Source: a virus. Taken from it: a stretch of 64,000 bases of DNA. Position 1 is the stretch's first letter, and every line of letters begins with the position of its first letter. Made by a program: the position numbers and the translations under genes. The notes under the pieces were generated by a model. It saw only the letters and a program-made list of their open reading frames with translations, had not been told where the DNA came from and ran no database searches. Positions 1-10,100 of the stretch are shown here, piece by piece. The stretch spans positions 32,001 to 96,000 of IMG/VR virus record IMGVR_UViG_3300003690_000002. One strand, written 5' to 3'.

Positions 1-221
1 CAATCTCTTTTTTGCAGATTCGTTCCAAATTTATTAATAAGATAATAAATATTACGCCCAAAGCTATCACAAATCCAGCATTTATAAGTATTTTTAATTA
101 AATTTATAGATAATTTGCGCTTGCGGTGGTCGCAATTTGGACAAAAGAAAAGATATTCGTTATTGGAACGATAATATTCTCCAAAGATCTGTGCAAGGAT
201 TTGAAGCTTTTCAAGGCTCAT
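1..221 (-). CDS. DNA primase-type N-terminal zinc-binding domain (partial, runs off window edge; not in ORF track)
   Basis: Manual translation from ATG at 221: MSLEKLQILAQIFGEYYRSNNEYLFFCPNCDHRKRKLSINLIKNTYKCWICDSFGRNIYYLINKFGTNLQKRD..., with no stop to the window edge. The CPxC..H..KLS(I)N...KCWxC pattern is typical of phage primase Zn-ribbons. Confidence 0.8.
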   Translation of the reverse strand, partial: MSLEKLQILAQIFGEYYRSNNEYLFFCPNCDHRKRKLSINLIKNTYKCWICDSFGRNIYYLINKFGTNLQKRD

Positions 222-230
222 ACTACTATA

Positions 231-259
231 ATAGTATCAAAAATGATCTAAAAAGTAAA
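231..259 (-). promoter_or_regulatory. sigma70-like promoter upstream of the primase ORF
   Basis: Minus strand reads TTTACT-N17-TACTAT, ending 9 nt before the ATG at 221, within the 222-269 intergenic gap. No SD motif, so the transcript would be near-leaderless. The AT-rich background lowers specificity. Confidence 0.45.
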
Positions 260-269
260 GAAATTAATG

Positions 270-824
270 CTATTTTGTTCTTTTTATTATGTTAGATCGA
301 TTTTTCTCTTTTTCAAGCAAAAAATATCCAGCACGAGCAATAATTACAGAGTCTGCCTTGTCATAACTACCTTTTACTGGATTTCCACGTTGTGTATATT
401 TTACACTAAAGCTTTTTTCATTTTCATCTATAAATTTTAAAATAACTTTTTTTGTATTTTGTCCTCTTTTGATAGAAACTCCGCATAGTTTTCTTGCAGT
501 CGATGCATTTATATATTGTGGATCTATGTCGAAAAGATCTCTTAATATCCAACAGACTATACCATTGAATCGTTGAATTTTTGAAATTACCTGTGCGGAG
601 CTTCTTCCAGCTGCAAACATATTCAAAGGCTCCTCAACATAAATCTTTTCAATTGGATATTGAGACTTAATATAACAGAGGTTATCTCTTATAATATCAA
701 GCTTTTGATAAAAAGAAAGATTTTTTTTATCCGTTCTCCATGCCGAACAATGTATCAATTCGTTATTTTTATCAAGTATTGATACACCAGTAGCACTAGT
801 GCTTATGTCCATTCCTAATATCAT
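270..824 (-). CDS. RuvC-like Holliday junction resolvase
   Basis: N-terminal ILGMDISTSATG, IYVEEP, NASTARKLCG and C-terminal YDKADSVIIA give the RNase H-fold acidic residues (D, E, D..D) in RuvC spacing. Confidence 0.8.
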   Translation of the reverse strand: MILGMDISTSATGVSILDKNNELIHCSAWRTDKKNLSFYQKLDIIRDNLCYIKSQYPIEKIYVEEPLNMFAAGRSSAQVISKIQRFNGIVCWILRDLFDIDPQYINASTARKLCGVSIKRGQNTKKVILKFIDENEKSFSVKYTQRGNPVKGSYDKADSVIIARAGYFLLEKEKNRSNIIKRTK

Positions 825-828
825 TTTT

Positions 829-2037
829 TTAAAAGTCTAATTTTAATTTAAACGTATATTCATCATTTTCTTTTTTACGAAGAGGTGTAGCTAGCTTAGC
901 TATAGCAATTAAGTTTCTATTTTCATCATAAACTCCAATTTTACTTATATAAGTTTGTTTAACAAAACTTGAGCTATAGCCAGAATATGAACTACTTTCT
1001 ATATTTTTAATAGTAGTGCTTCCTGTTTCTGAATATGTAAAACTGCTTGTTTCTGTAGTTAAAGATTGTCCCTGTGCAACGTATGTCATGTTGCTTGAAT
1101 GATTTAGTTTTCCTCTTGGTGCGTGTGCGAACATTGTAACGGTGGGAATATAGCTTGTTCCTTTAAAAGATAAACTAAAACTTGAAGAAGCTGCCGCCGC
1201 AGTGCCAGATATTGTTTGCGCAAAATATGTCCACTTTGGTGCTTCGACTGATGATATCCCCGACCCCGATATGTATATGTCATTTGATTGTCCCGATGAA
1301 AGATCCCAGCTTCCTGTGAGAAAAATAAACCCTTCATTATATAATACGACACCTGCAACAGAACCTGGTCTATTTGAGCCAGTCGTCTCAATTAATTCCC
1401 CATTCCCATTTTTATCCTGAAGTTCTCCCAGCAAGGTTCCTGTTAAATAAAACTTTAAATTTACTGAACCTTTTTTAATCATGGAGCCATAAAATATAGA
1501 TGGTATACTTATTAATCCAACCTCTTGTGTTGATTTGTCCCACCCCCGACCTATAGATGACGAATATGCATAATGTGGTGTTAATGGTTTATAAAAATTT
1601 AATGTATTTCTTAATGCTTTAATATATCGCCTAGTAGTATCTGATGTAAAAAACAACTCTTTTGTAATATTGGCTACCATCGGATAACTTCCAGTGATTT
1701 CATCACCATAGGCGAAATCGGAATTAAAACTACCTTTCGAAACTGTGGAAAAAGAGGTTAAACTTCCCTGTTTTGTGACAAAAGGGTATACTAGTGTTTT
1801 AGTCCCCACTCCGGTAGATGGGTTGTATAAATGACCGATGGAATCTCTATTGATGTTTATCTCATGTAAACTAACTGCTCCGGCTTGAGCCATAAGTGAA
1901 GATGAATTGTATGTACCGCTTATATTATATTTATTATTATAATAAGTTGAACCACTATAAAAATAAAATTCTAATCTCGGGTACGCTTTTATACGATTAT
2001 GAAAAATATCATTTTTTTTAAACTTATAATAGGGCAT
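829..2037 (-). CDS. virion structural protein (tail/baseplate-associated), paralog of 2105-3235
   Basis: S/T/G-rich. The C-terminus TYISKIGVYDENRNLIAIAKLATPL resembles the C-terminal motif of tail-collar fibre domains. Lies in the structural module. Confidence 0.55.
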   Translation of the reverse strand: MPYYKFKKNDIFHNRIKAYPRLEFYFYSGSTYYNNKYNISGTYNSSSLMAQAGAVSLHEININRDSIGHLYNPSTGVGTKTLVYPFVTKQGSLTSFSTVSKGSFNSDFAYGDEITGSYPMVANITKELFFTSDTTRRYIKALRNTLNFYKPLTPHYAYSSSIGRGWDKSTQEVGLISIPSIFYGSMIKKGSVNLKFYLTGTLLGELQDKNGNGELIETTGSNRPGSVAGVVLYNEGFIFLTGSWDLSSGQSNDIYISGSGISSVEAPKWTYFAQTISGTAAAASSSFSLSFKGTSYIPTVTMFAHAPRGKLNHSSNMTYVAQGQSLTTETSSFTYSETGSTTIKNIESSSYSGYSSSFVKQTYISKIGVYDENRNLIAIAKLATPLRKKENDEYTFKLKLDF

Positions 2038-2079
2038 GCCACCATTTCCAAATATCTACTTGTGTTATTATATGTTATT

Positions 2080-2088
2080 ATAATTAGT
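2080..2088 (-). promoter_or_regulatory. candidate late-promoter motif ACTAATTAT
   Basis: In the 2038-2104 gap, about 43 nt upstream of the ATG at 2037, overlapping the first copy of a tandem TATAATAACA x2. The same 9-mer occurs upstream of the starts at 4203 and 25116. Confidence 0.45.
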
Positions 2089-2104
2089 TAGTTTATAAAA
2101 TTGT

Positions 2105-3235
2105 TTAATAATCTAATCTAACACGAAGTGTTAATTCAGTATTTGGATCTTTTTTGAGCGGCTCGCTCACTTTTGCAACAGCAAGCAATTCATTATCTGC
2201 AGAATACATACCAATTGATGTAATATACGATACTGGCATATCACTTGTCGTGTTCTTTACTCTAAGCTGACTTGCGGTAAGATAAGTCGGGTTAGAACTA
2301 TAATTAAATTCATTGTGATTTGCTCTGCAAAAATAAATTGTTGAATTAAGCTCAGTCGTATTATTAAAAGCAATATTATGAATTCGATTCCGCAATCCAT
2401 CTGCGATATCTGTTATATTGGCACCGGTTATAACAGCTGCCATTGAAGAAGTATCATATGTTGCCCCTGCTGTGCCCCACTGAGAACTTGTTGAGTGGAC
2501 ATTAAGAAATGCCTCCGAAGAGTGCGATGCTGAAAACGCAGCAGTGGGAACAACTATAATTCCTGCTTGATAAAATATTAACCCAAGACCGCTACCTTCT
2601 ACAATATCTGCTACCACCGAAGATGTATATAGAATACCAAATTCTCCGGCTGGAGAAGTGGTTCGAAACTCATTTGCCGCATTTGTATCATATAAAGTTT
2701 TCAAATGAGGTCCAATATCACCGCTACCTGGTGATGCGGTACGGCTCCAAGCAGCATTAACATCAAATGGTATGCCCCCTGTATTAAAACCTATACTAAA
2801 AGTGCCTTTCTTAATTTCATCTTTTGTAAGAAGTCGAGAAAAGTTTACAAAATGAGTGTTTACAAACTTGCCTCCTGCTTGAGTCAAATCACCATCTGCG
2901 TCAAATTGTTGTATTCCTCCAGTATGATCATGACCCATCAAAACTTGTGCCATTTGATTGTATATATTTATCTTTTTGTTATTTTGTGGATTACCGACAT
3001 CCTGCAACAAAGAGCTAGAATGATAACCAAAGGTTATATCAAAAATATGATTTGCAGAAGAACTTAGATATGGATAATCATAAACAGATTCAAACATTCC
3101 ATGTGAATATTTTTTAATGTTTGCTTCGGCATAGGTTCCTGAGCCGATTGTTCCTGTAATTGGTATCGCCTCATGTAAAAGTGTTTTCGTAGATGTTCTA
3201 TCTGTATTTAAAAATGTTTTAAACGTTGTCGCCAT
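2105..3235 (-). CDS. virion structural protein (tail/baseplate-associated), paralog of 829-2037
   Basis: Shares IKKG, G(L/V)(I/V)xYxxG, NxSSNxTY and YI(T/S)xIGxYxxxxxL(L/I)A(V/I)AK motifs with 829-2037. Confidence 0.55.
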   Translation of the reverse strand: MATTFKTFLNTDRTSTKTLLHEAIPITGTIGSGTYAEANIKKYSHGMFESVYDYPYLSSSANHIFDITFGYHSSSLLQDVGNPQNNKKINIYNQMAQVLMGHDHTGGIQQFDADGDLTQAGGKFVNTHFVNFSRLLTKDEIKKGTFSIGFNTGGIPFDVNAAWSRTASPGSGDIGPHLKTLYDTNAANEFRTTSPAGEFGILYTSSVVADIVEGSGLGLIFYQAGIIVVPTAAFSASHSSEAFLNVHSTSSQWGTAGATYDTSSMAAVITGANITDIADGLRNRIHNIAFNNTTELNSTIYFCRANHNEFNYSSNPTYLTASQLRVKNTTSDMPVSYITSIGMYSADNELLAVAKVSEPLKKDPNTELTLRVRLDY

Positions 3236-3255
3236 AGTTTATCCTTTAATTTTTC

Positions 3256-4203
3256 TTAATATTTTTTAATATATCGTATAGGAACATCAATTGAGTACCC
3301 AGTCGTAGCTCCTGAAATTTTTACAATCGTATCAATATAATAAACATTTGTGCCTGAAAATGTTGTTGTATCTGTTCCGCCGAGTTGAGTAAATAAATAA
3401 GTGCTTGTATTTAACTCAACAGAGGCTCGTACTTTAAATGTCATATATGTCCCTCTAGGTCCAGCTATGACCTGATCGGCTCCCCCTTCGGTTGCGCTGC
3501 TGCCATCTCCTGTTTCTGAATTATTATATACTAATCCGCTAGTCCCTAGTGAAAGAAAATAACTTGCAATGTTGTCATCATCAATAAATGATATCGGTGC
3601 GCCATTGCCAGCGATGTCGACAATACTGCCTAATCTATTATCCATTTCAACAATATATTGTCGCTCTTCTAAATCTGCATCAATTTGAAATTTTGGAGAA
3701 ATAGCTGTTGTGTCAAGCCCTTGATCAAGTCTTATATATGATACTGCCCCTGTGGCTCCTGGAGCTTCGCCGTTTAATACTCCATTAGTGCTGTTGCCTT
3801 TTACGTTTGCGTCGCCATATGTCTCTTGGTCAACACAAACAACAAATGTGCTCAAAGTAGAATGTCTTTCCGCTGCGCTGACATTGTCGGTCCCGGTAGT
3901 TCCATATATTTTAAGAACTGGAAGATATAATAAATTTGTGCGTGGAATAGAGATTAACTTAGATTTCATTGTCGAAGTGTTATTTGTAAATGCTTCCAAT
4001 ATCGGCGTTTGCAAAATCTCCAAGTCATAATATGCACTACCGCTCGAATGAGACTTATTATATGTACCATAATCAATTTCGTCATCACCAAAAGCGTATT
4101 TTGCGATCTTAAAAGAACCGTCGCCTTTTGCTAATCGAAATCGTCCGGTATCTGTTAACACTGCATCTAAAATAATATCACCAGAATTGTCCAAAAATGC
4201 CAT
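3256..4203 (-). CDS. putative virion structural protein
   Basis: N-terminus ILDAVLTDTGRFRLAKGDGSFKIAKYAFGDDEIDY resembles the N-terminus of 11052-12068. T/S/G-rich, beta-rich composition. SD-like AAGGA upstream. Confidence 0.5.
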   Translation of the reverse strand: MAFLDNSGDIILDAVLTDTGRFRLAKGDGSFKIAKYAFGDDEIDYGTYNKSHSSGSAYYDLEILQTPILEAFTNNTSTMKSKLISIPRTNLLYLPVLKIYGTTGTDNVSAAERHSTLSTFVVCVDQETYGDANVKGNSTNGVLNGEAPGATGAVSYIRLDQGLDTTAISPKFQIDADLEERQYIVEMDNRLGSIVDIAGNGAPISFIDDDNIASYFLSLGTSGLVYNNSETGDGSSATEGGADQVIAGPRGTYMTFKVRASVELNTSTYLFTQLGGTDTTTFSGTNVYYIDTIVKISGATTGYSIDVPIRYIKKY

Positions 4204-4224
4204 AATAAGTTCCTTTTTTCTTTA

Positions 4225-4233
4225 ATAATTAGT
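4225..4233 (-). promoter_or_regulatory. candidate late-promoter motif ACTAATTAT
   Basis: Minus strand TAATACTAATTATTAAAGAAAAAAGGAACTTATTATG; the motif lies 22 nt upstream of the start at 4203. Confidence 0.45.
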
Positions 4234-4234
4234 A

Positions 4235-7153
4235 TTATATTGTTGTTTTCGTACTACCATCTTCATTTTTTATTATTTCTTTTTGTCTTGTTTTAAAAAT
4301 GAGATTAAAATTTAATTTTCGCCCAGTTGATTTTGATGTAATTATAAATTTAAATTTCTGATCCCACACTTTTTCTCCCGCCACTATTCCAGGCATTATA
4401 GAATCCGGAACAACCCTAATATTTGGCGGCACCCTCTTTGGGGAGTCAACAATGGCGTCGTCAAGTAGGGTTTGACCCAGAGAAGGAAATATTTGAATAT
4501 ATTTTTTCATTGTCTTGGCTGGTTGTGAGTCTTTTCGTCTTTTTTCTTCTTCAAGATCTAAAATCTTCACACTTAAATATGCAGTGTGTGTTGCGCCTGC
4601 TTGGATCGCATCGGGCGGGGGTGAATTATCAACCAATTCAACTTCATATATCACTGTTGGGTTAGAAAAGAATCCATGTGAATCTCTAGTCCTAAATGTA
4701 TAATAATATTTTTTATTTGTTTCTTGAATTATATCTACAGTTGCGTTATACATTGGCGATAAAAGTCTTCCCGTCTCTGCAAAATCTTCATACTCAGTCG
4801 GTTTAATGTCGGTTTTAAAAATTTCAAACCCACCAATAGAGTTGCTTCCCAATATTGGATCGTCTGATTTAAATTTTATTTTCTCTGCTGATTTAAATAG
4901 AAGCCCAGTTTTATCATCATATATGGTACCGCCTTGTTGATTTAATCTTATTTTGTTTATAGCCTCTTCGTCTTCTTTATTTATTATAATTGGCTTAGCG
5001 GACATTTCACCCGTCGTGTCATTAAATGTTATTAATACTCTATCATTTTTGTCTTTATATGGAATCATTGCAACTTCTGGCGTGAGAGGTGGTTTGCTGA
5101 CAATAAGCTTATTATAAAATGAATAATACGGAACTTCAAATATTTTAACAGAAGGTCTTGTTGTAACATTAAAATTCGCAAGATGTGGAGTACCCTTGCT
5201 TTCTCCGTTAACGAAAGATACGTCACCGTACTTATATTCTCTTCCATATACCAATTGAAAAGCCACTATATTATATTTATATGTTTCATTGAACCTTACC
5301 TGCGTATCAATATATCGAAATACATCAACATCGTTCGAATTGGGGATGTAAAAACTCTGTATATGCTGTCCGCCGAGGTCTAATTTATCAATCCTATAAC
5401 ATATTGTTTCAGAAAATGCCTTTTTCTCGCCAAGCATCATCTCTCTATATGATATTCGATGTTCTCTTACTTTTTCTTCTTTTTTGGCTTTGAACATTAT
5501 TGGAAATATTTGTTGAAAAAACTTAATCTTTTCACCACTTTCAGATCCTGGCTCTTTCGTTGGGTCAAGAAAAGTAATAGGTCCTCCTTCTCCCATCGCA
5601 TCAGTAACATCATCCCATGTTGCCGGTCCGCCTAACCACATCAACCAGTCATCAAAATCCCAATATGTTCTAGTGTCCCCTTTGCTTAGGGTAAGCTCGT
5701 TTGCAAGCTTGGTCGTCGAGGTAGTTTCACTTCCGTATGATTCGATTGTTTGTAGTGTTTCTGTGTTTTGTTCCCCGTCTTGTGGTGCATTTGTGCTCGT
5801 ATAAGCAATAAATGTGTCCGTGGCAACATCGTATTCTCCTTTTTGTATAAAAGGTCGTTTAATTAATGAAGTGGTGTCCATTGTGCCGATGAACCCTGTT
5901 GACCATGGCGTGAGATGTTTTGGATATAGCGTTAAATAAGTAGTTAATAATTTACTCAACCCTGTCTTTTTAATAAGATCAGAAAATTCATTCGCACCTG
6001 TTGAAAACTCAATATCAACATACATAGGAAAACTTCCTCTGGTGTCAATATAATCTGTTAAAAGATTAATATCTGTTAATGTAAAACAAATATTCGTAAA
6101 TGAATTCGATATGTTCTCATATTCTGGTTTTAACTTTTGACCCAGATGAGATATTATAGTTAATCCATTTGGTTGAGTGTTTCCTTTCATTGTCTCTATA
6201 AGCAGTTTATGAACTATTGGCCATTTCTTAAAATAGTGATTAAAATTTAAATTTCTTGTTGCAACTGCGTCGATAACTTCGCCAGTTTCAGGCTTAGTAA
6301 CAGGTTCTATTTTTATATCTGAAAGACCAGACGAACCACCAATACCAGTGTCAACCTCTAAATTAAACAATGTTGTATGCTTCCAGAGGTTTTGTTGATA
6401 AATTGTCCATTTTGGATTGCCAATTTTAATTGTTTCTGTGTTTGGACCGGTATCGTTGATGGAGACAGTAGTGCTGAATATTTTTTCTTTGTCTGGCATG
6501 AGTTCTTGAGCCATTATTGCATATAGATTTGGTAACCATTTGACTGATATCTGGTTAGAATTAATATACTGTTCATAAAAAAGCGCCGTATGGTTATAAA
6601 CTGCTTCACATTTTGCATATATGGGTCTTCCTGGTAAATCTGTGTATCTATTAATTTCGCTAATAGAATATGGTACAGGAATTTCAATTGTATGGTCAGC
6701 AAACCACTGATTTGTTGCCACATCTGCATTAACAAATGCCTTAAACTGTTCAAAAGTTGGATGTTCGTGTTGAAGTCCAAGTTCTGCACTAAATAACTTC
6801 ATTGATTTTAATGTTACTTCTGCTGATCCAATGTTTGTTTCATGATTCCATGTATCTTGAGTGATCTCATCAGCTTTAGAAAAATCTACATTATATCCTT
6901 TGCTTTGACCGGTGGCACCTCCCTGCTCAGTTCCTGCTGTGTTTTTGGCAGCAGGGTCGGTATTTCCCCATTTATAATCAGATGGTCCCGTGCCGTTATT
7001 ATATATAAAATAACAAAAGCCATTATTATATCGAAATCTATCCCTGACTACATCACCTTGAGGGTTAAGAACTGTGTTCGCGTTCTTACCCCCTGTCGAG
7101 GTGAAGAGTTCAACTAATAAATTTTCTGGTGAGAAAATTACCGTTTTAGACAT
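4235..7153 (-). CDS. large hypothetical virion protein (972 aa) with FnIII/Ig-like motifs
   Basis: Long ORF with SD AAGGAG. The segments RYIDTQVRFNETYKYNIVAFQ and KKYYYTFRTRDSHGFFSNPT look like FnIII-type strands. Confidence 0.5.
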   Translation of the reverse strand: MSKTVIFSPENLLVELFTSTGGKNANTVLNPQGDVVRDRFRYNNGFCYFIYNNGTGPSDYKWGNTDPAAKNTAGTEQGGATGQSKGYNVDFSKADEITQDTWNHETNIGSAEVTLKSMKLFSAELGLQHEHPTFEQFKAFVNADVATNQWFADHTIEIPVPYSISEINRYTDLPGRPIYAKCEAVYNHTALFYEQYINSNQISVKWLPNLYAIMAQELMPDKEKIFSTTVSINDTGPNTETIKIGNPKWTIYQQNLWKHTTLFNLEVDTGIGGSSGLSDIKIEPVTKPETGEVIDAVATRNLNFNHYFKKWPIVHKLLIETMKGNTQPNGLTIISHLGQKLKPEYENISNSFTNICFTLTDINLLTDYIDTRGSFPMYVDIEFSTGANEFSDLIKKTGLSKLLTTYLTLYPKHLTPWSTGFIGTMDTTSLIKRPFIQKGEYDVATDTFIAYTSTNAPQDGEQNTETLQTIESYGSETTSTTKLANELTLSKGDTRTYWDFDDWLMWLGGPATWDDVTDAMGEGGPITFLDPTKEPGSESGEKIKFFQQIFPIMFKAKKEEKVREHRISYREMMLGEKKAFSETICYRIDKLDLGGQHIQSFYIPNSNDVDVFRYIDTQVRFNETYKYNIVAFQLVYGREYKYGDVSFVNGESKGTPHLANFNVTTRPSVKIFEVPYYSFYNKLIVSKPPLTPEVAMIPYKDKNDRVLITFNDTTGEMSAKPIIINKEDEEAINKIRLNQQGGTIYDDKTGLLFKSAEKIKFKSDDPILGSNSIGGFEIFKTDIKPTEYEDFAETGRLLSPMYNATVDIIQETNKKYYYTFRTRDSHGFFSNPTVIYEVELVDNSPPPDAIQAGATHTAYLSVKILDLEEEKRRKDSQPAKTMKKYIQIFPSLGQTLLDDAIVDSPKRVPPNIRVVPDSIMPGIVAGEKVWDQKFKFIITSKSTGRKLNFNLIFKTRQKEIIKNEDGSTKTTI

Positions 7154-7167
7154 ATATTAACACTCCT

Positions 7168-10100
7168 TTAACCATATGTGCCACCACCGCCACCGCCACC
7201 CATCGTGCCTGCTCCACCACCGACAGTGCCCACAGTCTGCCCAGAGGCTACAGTGACTGCCGTTGTACTATATTCAATTTGCGATCCATCTATTAAGTCT
7301 GTAAATTCCTTAATCTGGGCAGTTATCTTCGTCATCATGCTTTCAAACGCCACGCTCTTAGAGCCAGCCATGCCTGTCATCACGGTCTCAAGAATAAATA
7401 TTTCATTAAAAGTTGGCAAGTCCAGACTTTTAGAATTTGTTGACATCGGAGGTGGTAATAAGTTATTAATATATTGTTTCAATCTGCAGACCATAATATT
7501 TCCGCTGTTATTTTCAAATTCTTGGAAATTTAAAGGCACCCAAACTGGTCGTTGGAGAGATCTTCCATTTGTTGTTTTCGCAAAACCAGTCAAGACCTCT
7601 ACTCTCATTATTCTTCCATAGTTAAAATAAAACGCACCAGCGAGCGAAGCGTGCTGCATTGGATCTGGTGGGGGGTTCACGTGTGGAGAGTCCTGGGGCG
7701 ACATATTATCAAGCTTTAACCGTTGTGTGATTTTTGAATCCTCTTCCAACCCTGATGAAAACCAATTATAATTGACGCTTTCGGGATCCGTACTTGATAA
7801 AAATAATGATTTAAGCTGATTTGGTAAATTTATTATAAAATTATTTAAAAATCTATTGGGGGGTACTGTACTAGAAAAAGGCTCTATATCCGCTGTATCA
7901 CTTGATGGTGGCAGTTTTGCTTTAATTGCTGTCAATATATTGTTTGTACTGTTTAAATTAAATTGTTGAATTGTTGCTATAGCTGGTGATTGGAATTTAT
8001 TTCCTAATGCTAATGGAGTGGCTGAGAATTCTGTACCAAATATTTTATCTTTTTGGAGCGTCAATAGCAACGAGTTTGGATTAGAATCTTCTTCTTTGGA
8101 TTTTTGCGAGTCTAAATTTAAGTCATCAAATTCATCTAATATAAAATCTTCTTGTAAAAACTTTGATTCTTTTCCTACATATTCACCTACACCTATCTTT
8201 TGATTGTTTGTTACCAGAAAATCATCTATAATAGCAAAAGAATTTGCAATTTTTGTAACTGGAGTTATCATCATGTTTTCATCTGCACTCATTGCGACTA
8301 AAGGTGCTTTTATGTTTTGTTGGTCTGTGGTTAATTTAGATTTTGAACTAAGTCCGAAATTTGGAATTGGTATTTGTGGAGACTTTTTTAGTGAATTATA
8401 GATCATAATTTTAGTTACAAGTTTTGAATAAACATCTGGGTCAAAAGCTTCTTTGCCGGATGGAACATCAACAATTTCATGCGGATCATCAAAAGATGGT
8501 AACGATACAGCAATTGGAGATAAATATGTTAAAGCTGTATTATTAAGACTATCATTTAATGAAGTAATATTTTCTGGGTGTGCTGCTAATGATGGATCAA
8601 CCTTATAATTTTTAAAATATTTTAAAACTTCTTTAGTTACTCTTTTAAAATATTGTGAGGCAGTATATGTAACAAGTCCACTACTCGCAAGACCATGGTT
8701 GGCGCCGCCGCCGCCTTGAAACATAGACCCAAAATAATTATATCCAGCTTGACTTCCGGCAACGTTAAGATTAGATTTAAAAATTGTTGGAAATGTTTTT
8801 TCAATTTTAAAAATTCTTCGGGGTGATTTGACCATTGTGCCAGAACTAGTCTTTCCGGTACGCTTAAATGTTGAAGTGGTTGATGCTTCATCCCCAATTT
8901 GATCTTCTAGGACTTTTAAAACTTTTGCCATTAGGTTTTCAAATAAAAGTAATGTTTCTATAGTCGCCGTCTTGGGATGTGCCATTAACCAAAAAATATT
9001 TAAAAGCGGGGAGAGGGCGCCCTCCACGCCGGGGGGGACGCCAAAAACATATTCCATTGTTGAATGTAATGTAGCTACTGCTGTCATGGCGCGTGCTGCG
9101 TAAGAGTTTACACCCACTCCGGCAGCTCTTTTAATAAAATCTTGAGTAAAAGTGTTTGTTTTATAATCATAGTTGCCCCCCGACATTTTGATAGTTGCAT
9201 CATGAAAAGATTCCTCTTCGATTTTCTTTGAATATTCCCAATCTTCTATGTGTGGACTTTGTAATGTGTTTTTTAATTGTTCAGTTGTTTGCCGAAAAGA
9301 TGGTATTTTTGCTTCTTCTATTAAACTTTTCCAACCGCTGTATGCATCTCGCAACTCCATTAGTTGTTCACTTAACCATTGAATAGACCCATCTTGCATT
9401 TCTAATTCAACTATATATTGATAATTGCTCTCTCCTCCATTTTTTGCAGAAGAATCAATTCCTTGAAAATAAATAATTTGATCAGTAGTGGTGGGAGACG
9501 AAAATGTCATATCAAATGAAAGATTATCTACAGAGATTAAAGGTTGCTCTGGTGGAGTTTTTTCCACATCTGGATTAAGTAGCGCTATAAGCTCTGGTAT
9601 TTGATTTTTATCGAGAGAGTATGCGCCAGATTTATTAACAGCTTGTGTAAGTTCGTTTTCTGTAACTTCTTCTCTAACTTTCTTTCTAAACAATTTTATA
9701 TCTATTATATGAGATTGTCCCATTATACTAGCCGCCACGGCATTGTTAATATCTAAAAATTTTGGATATCTCATATGGTCTCTCATAATATTATAAATGT
9801 CTATTCCAAAAAAGAATCTACAATTACCATTTTGATCTTTTGACGAAAAGAAATCTGTAAAATAATTATTTTTTAATACCTTATGACAAGGAGATGGATT
9901 GCGAATCGCAACATCAGGATTACTAAGTTCTTTTTCAAGTATTGTTTTAATTTGATCAAATTTAATAGTTTTATTAAATATTTTATTTAAAGATCTCATA
10001 TCTTGGATTTTAAAATTTGGAGTTTTCTTTGCTATCAAAGATTCTTCTGTCCCAGGGGTAGAAGTAGAATCTGCACTAGTCATCCATTTCCCAGATGGCA

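Noticed and set aside
7171-7225. ccaccaccgccaccgcc low-complexity repeat
   Set aside because: It simply encodes the poly-Gly C-terminus of the 1297-aa protein and is not an independent repeat element.
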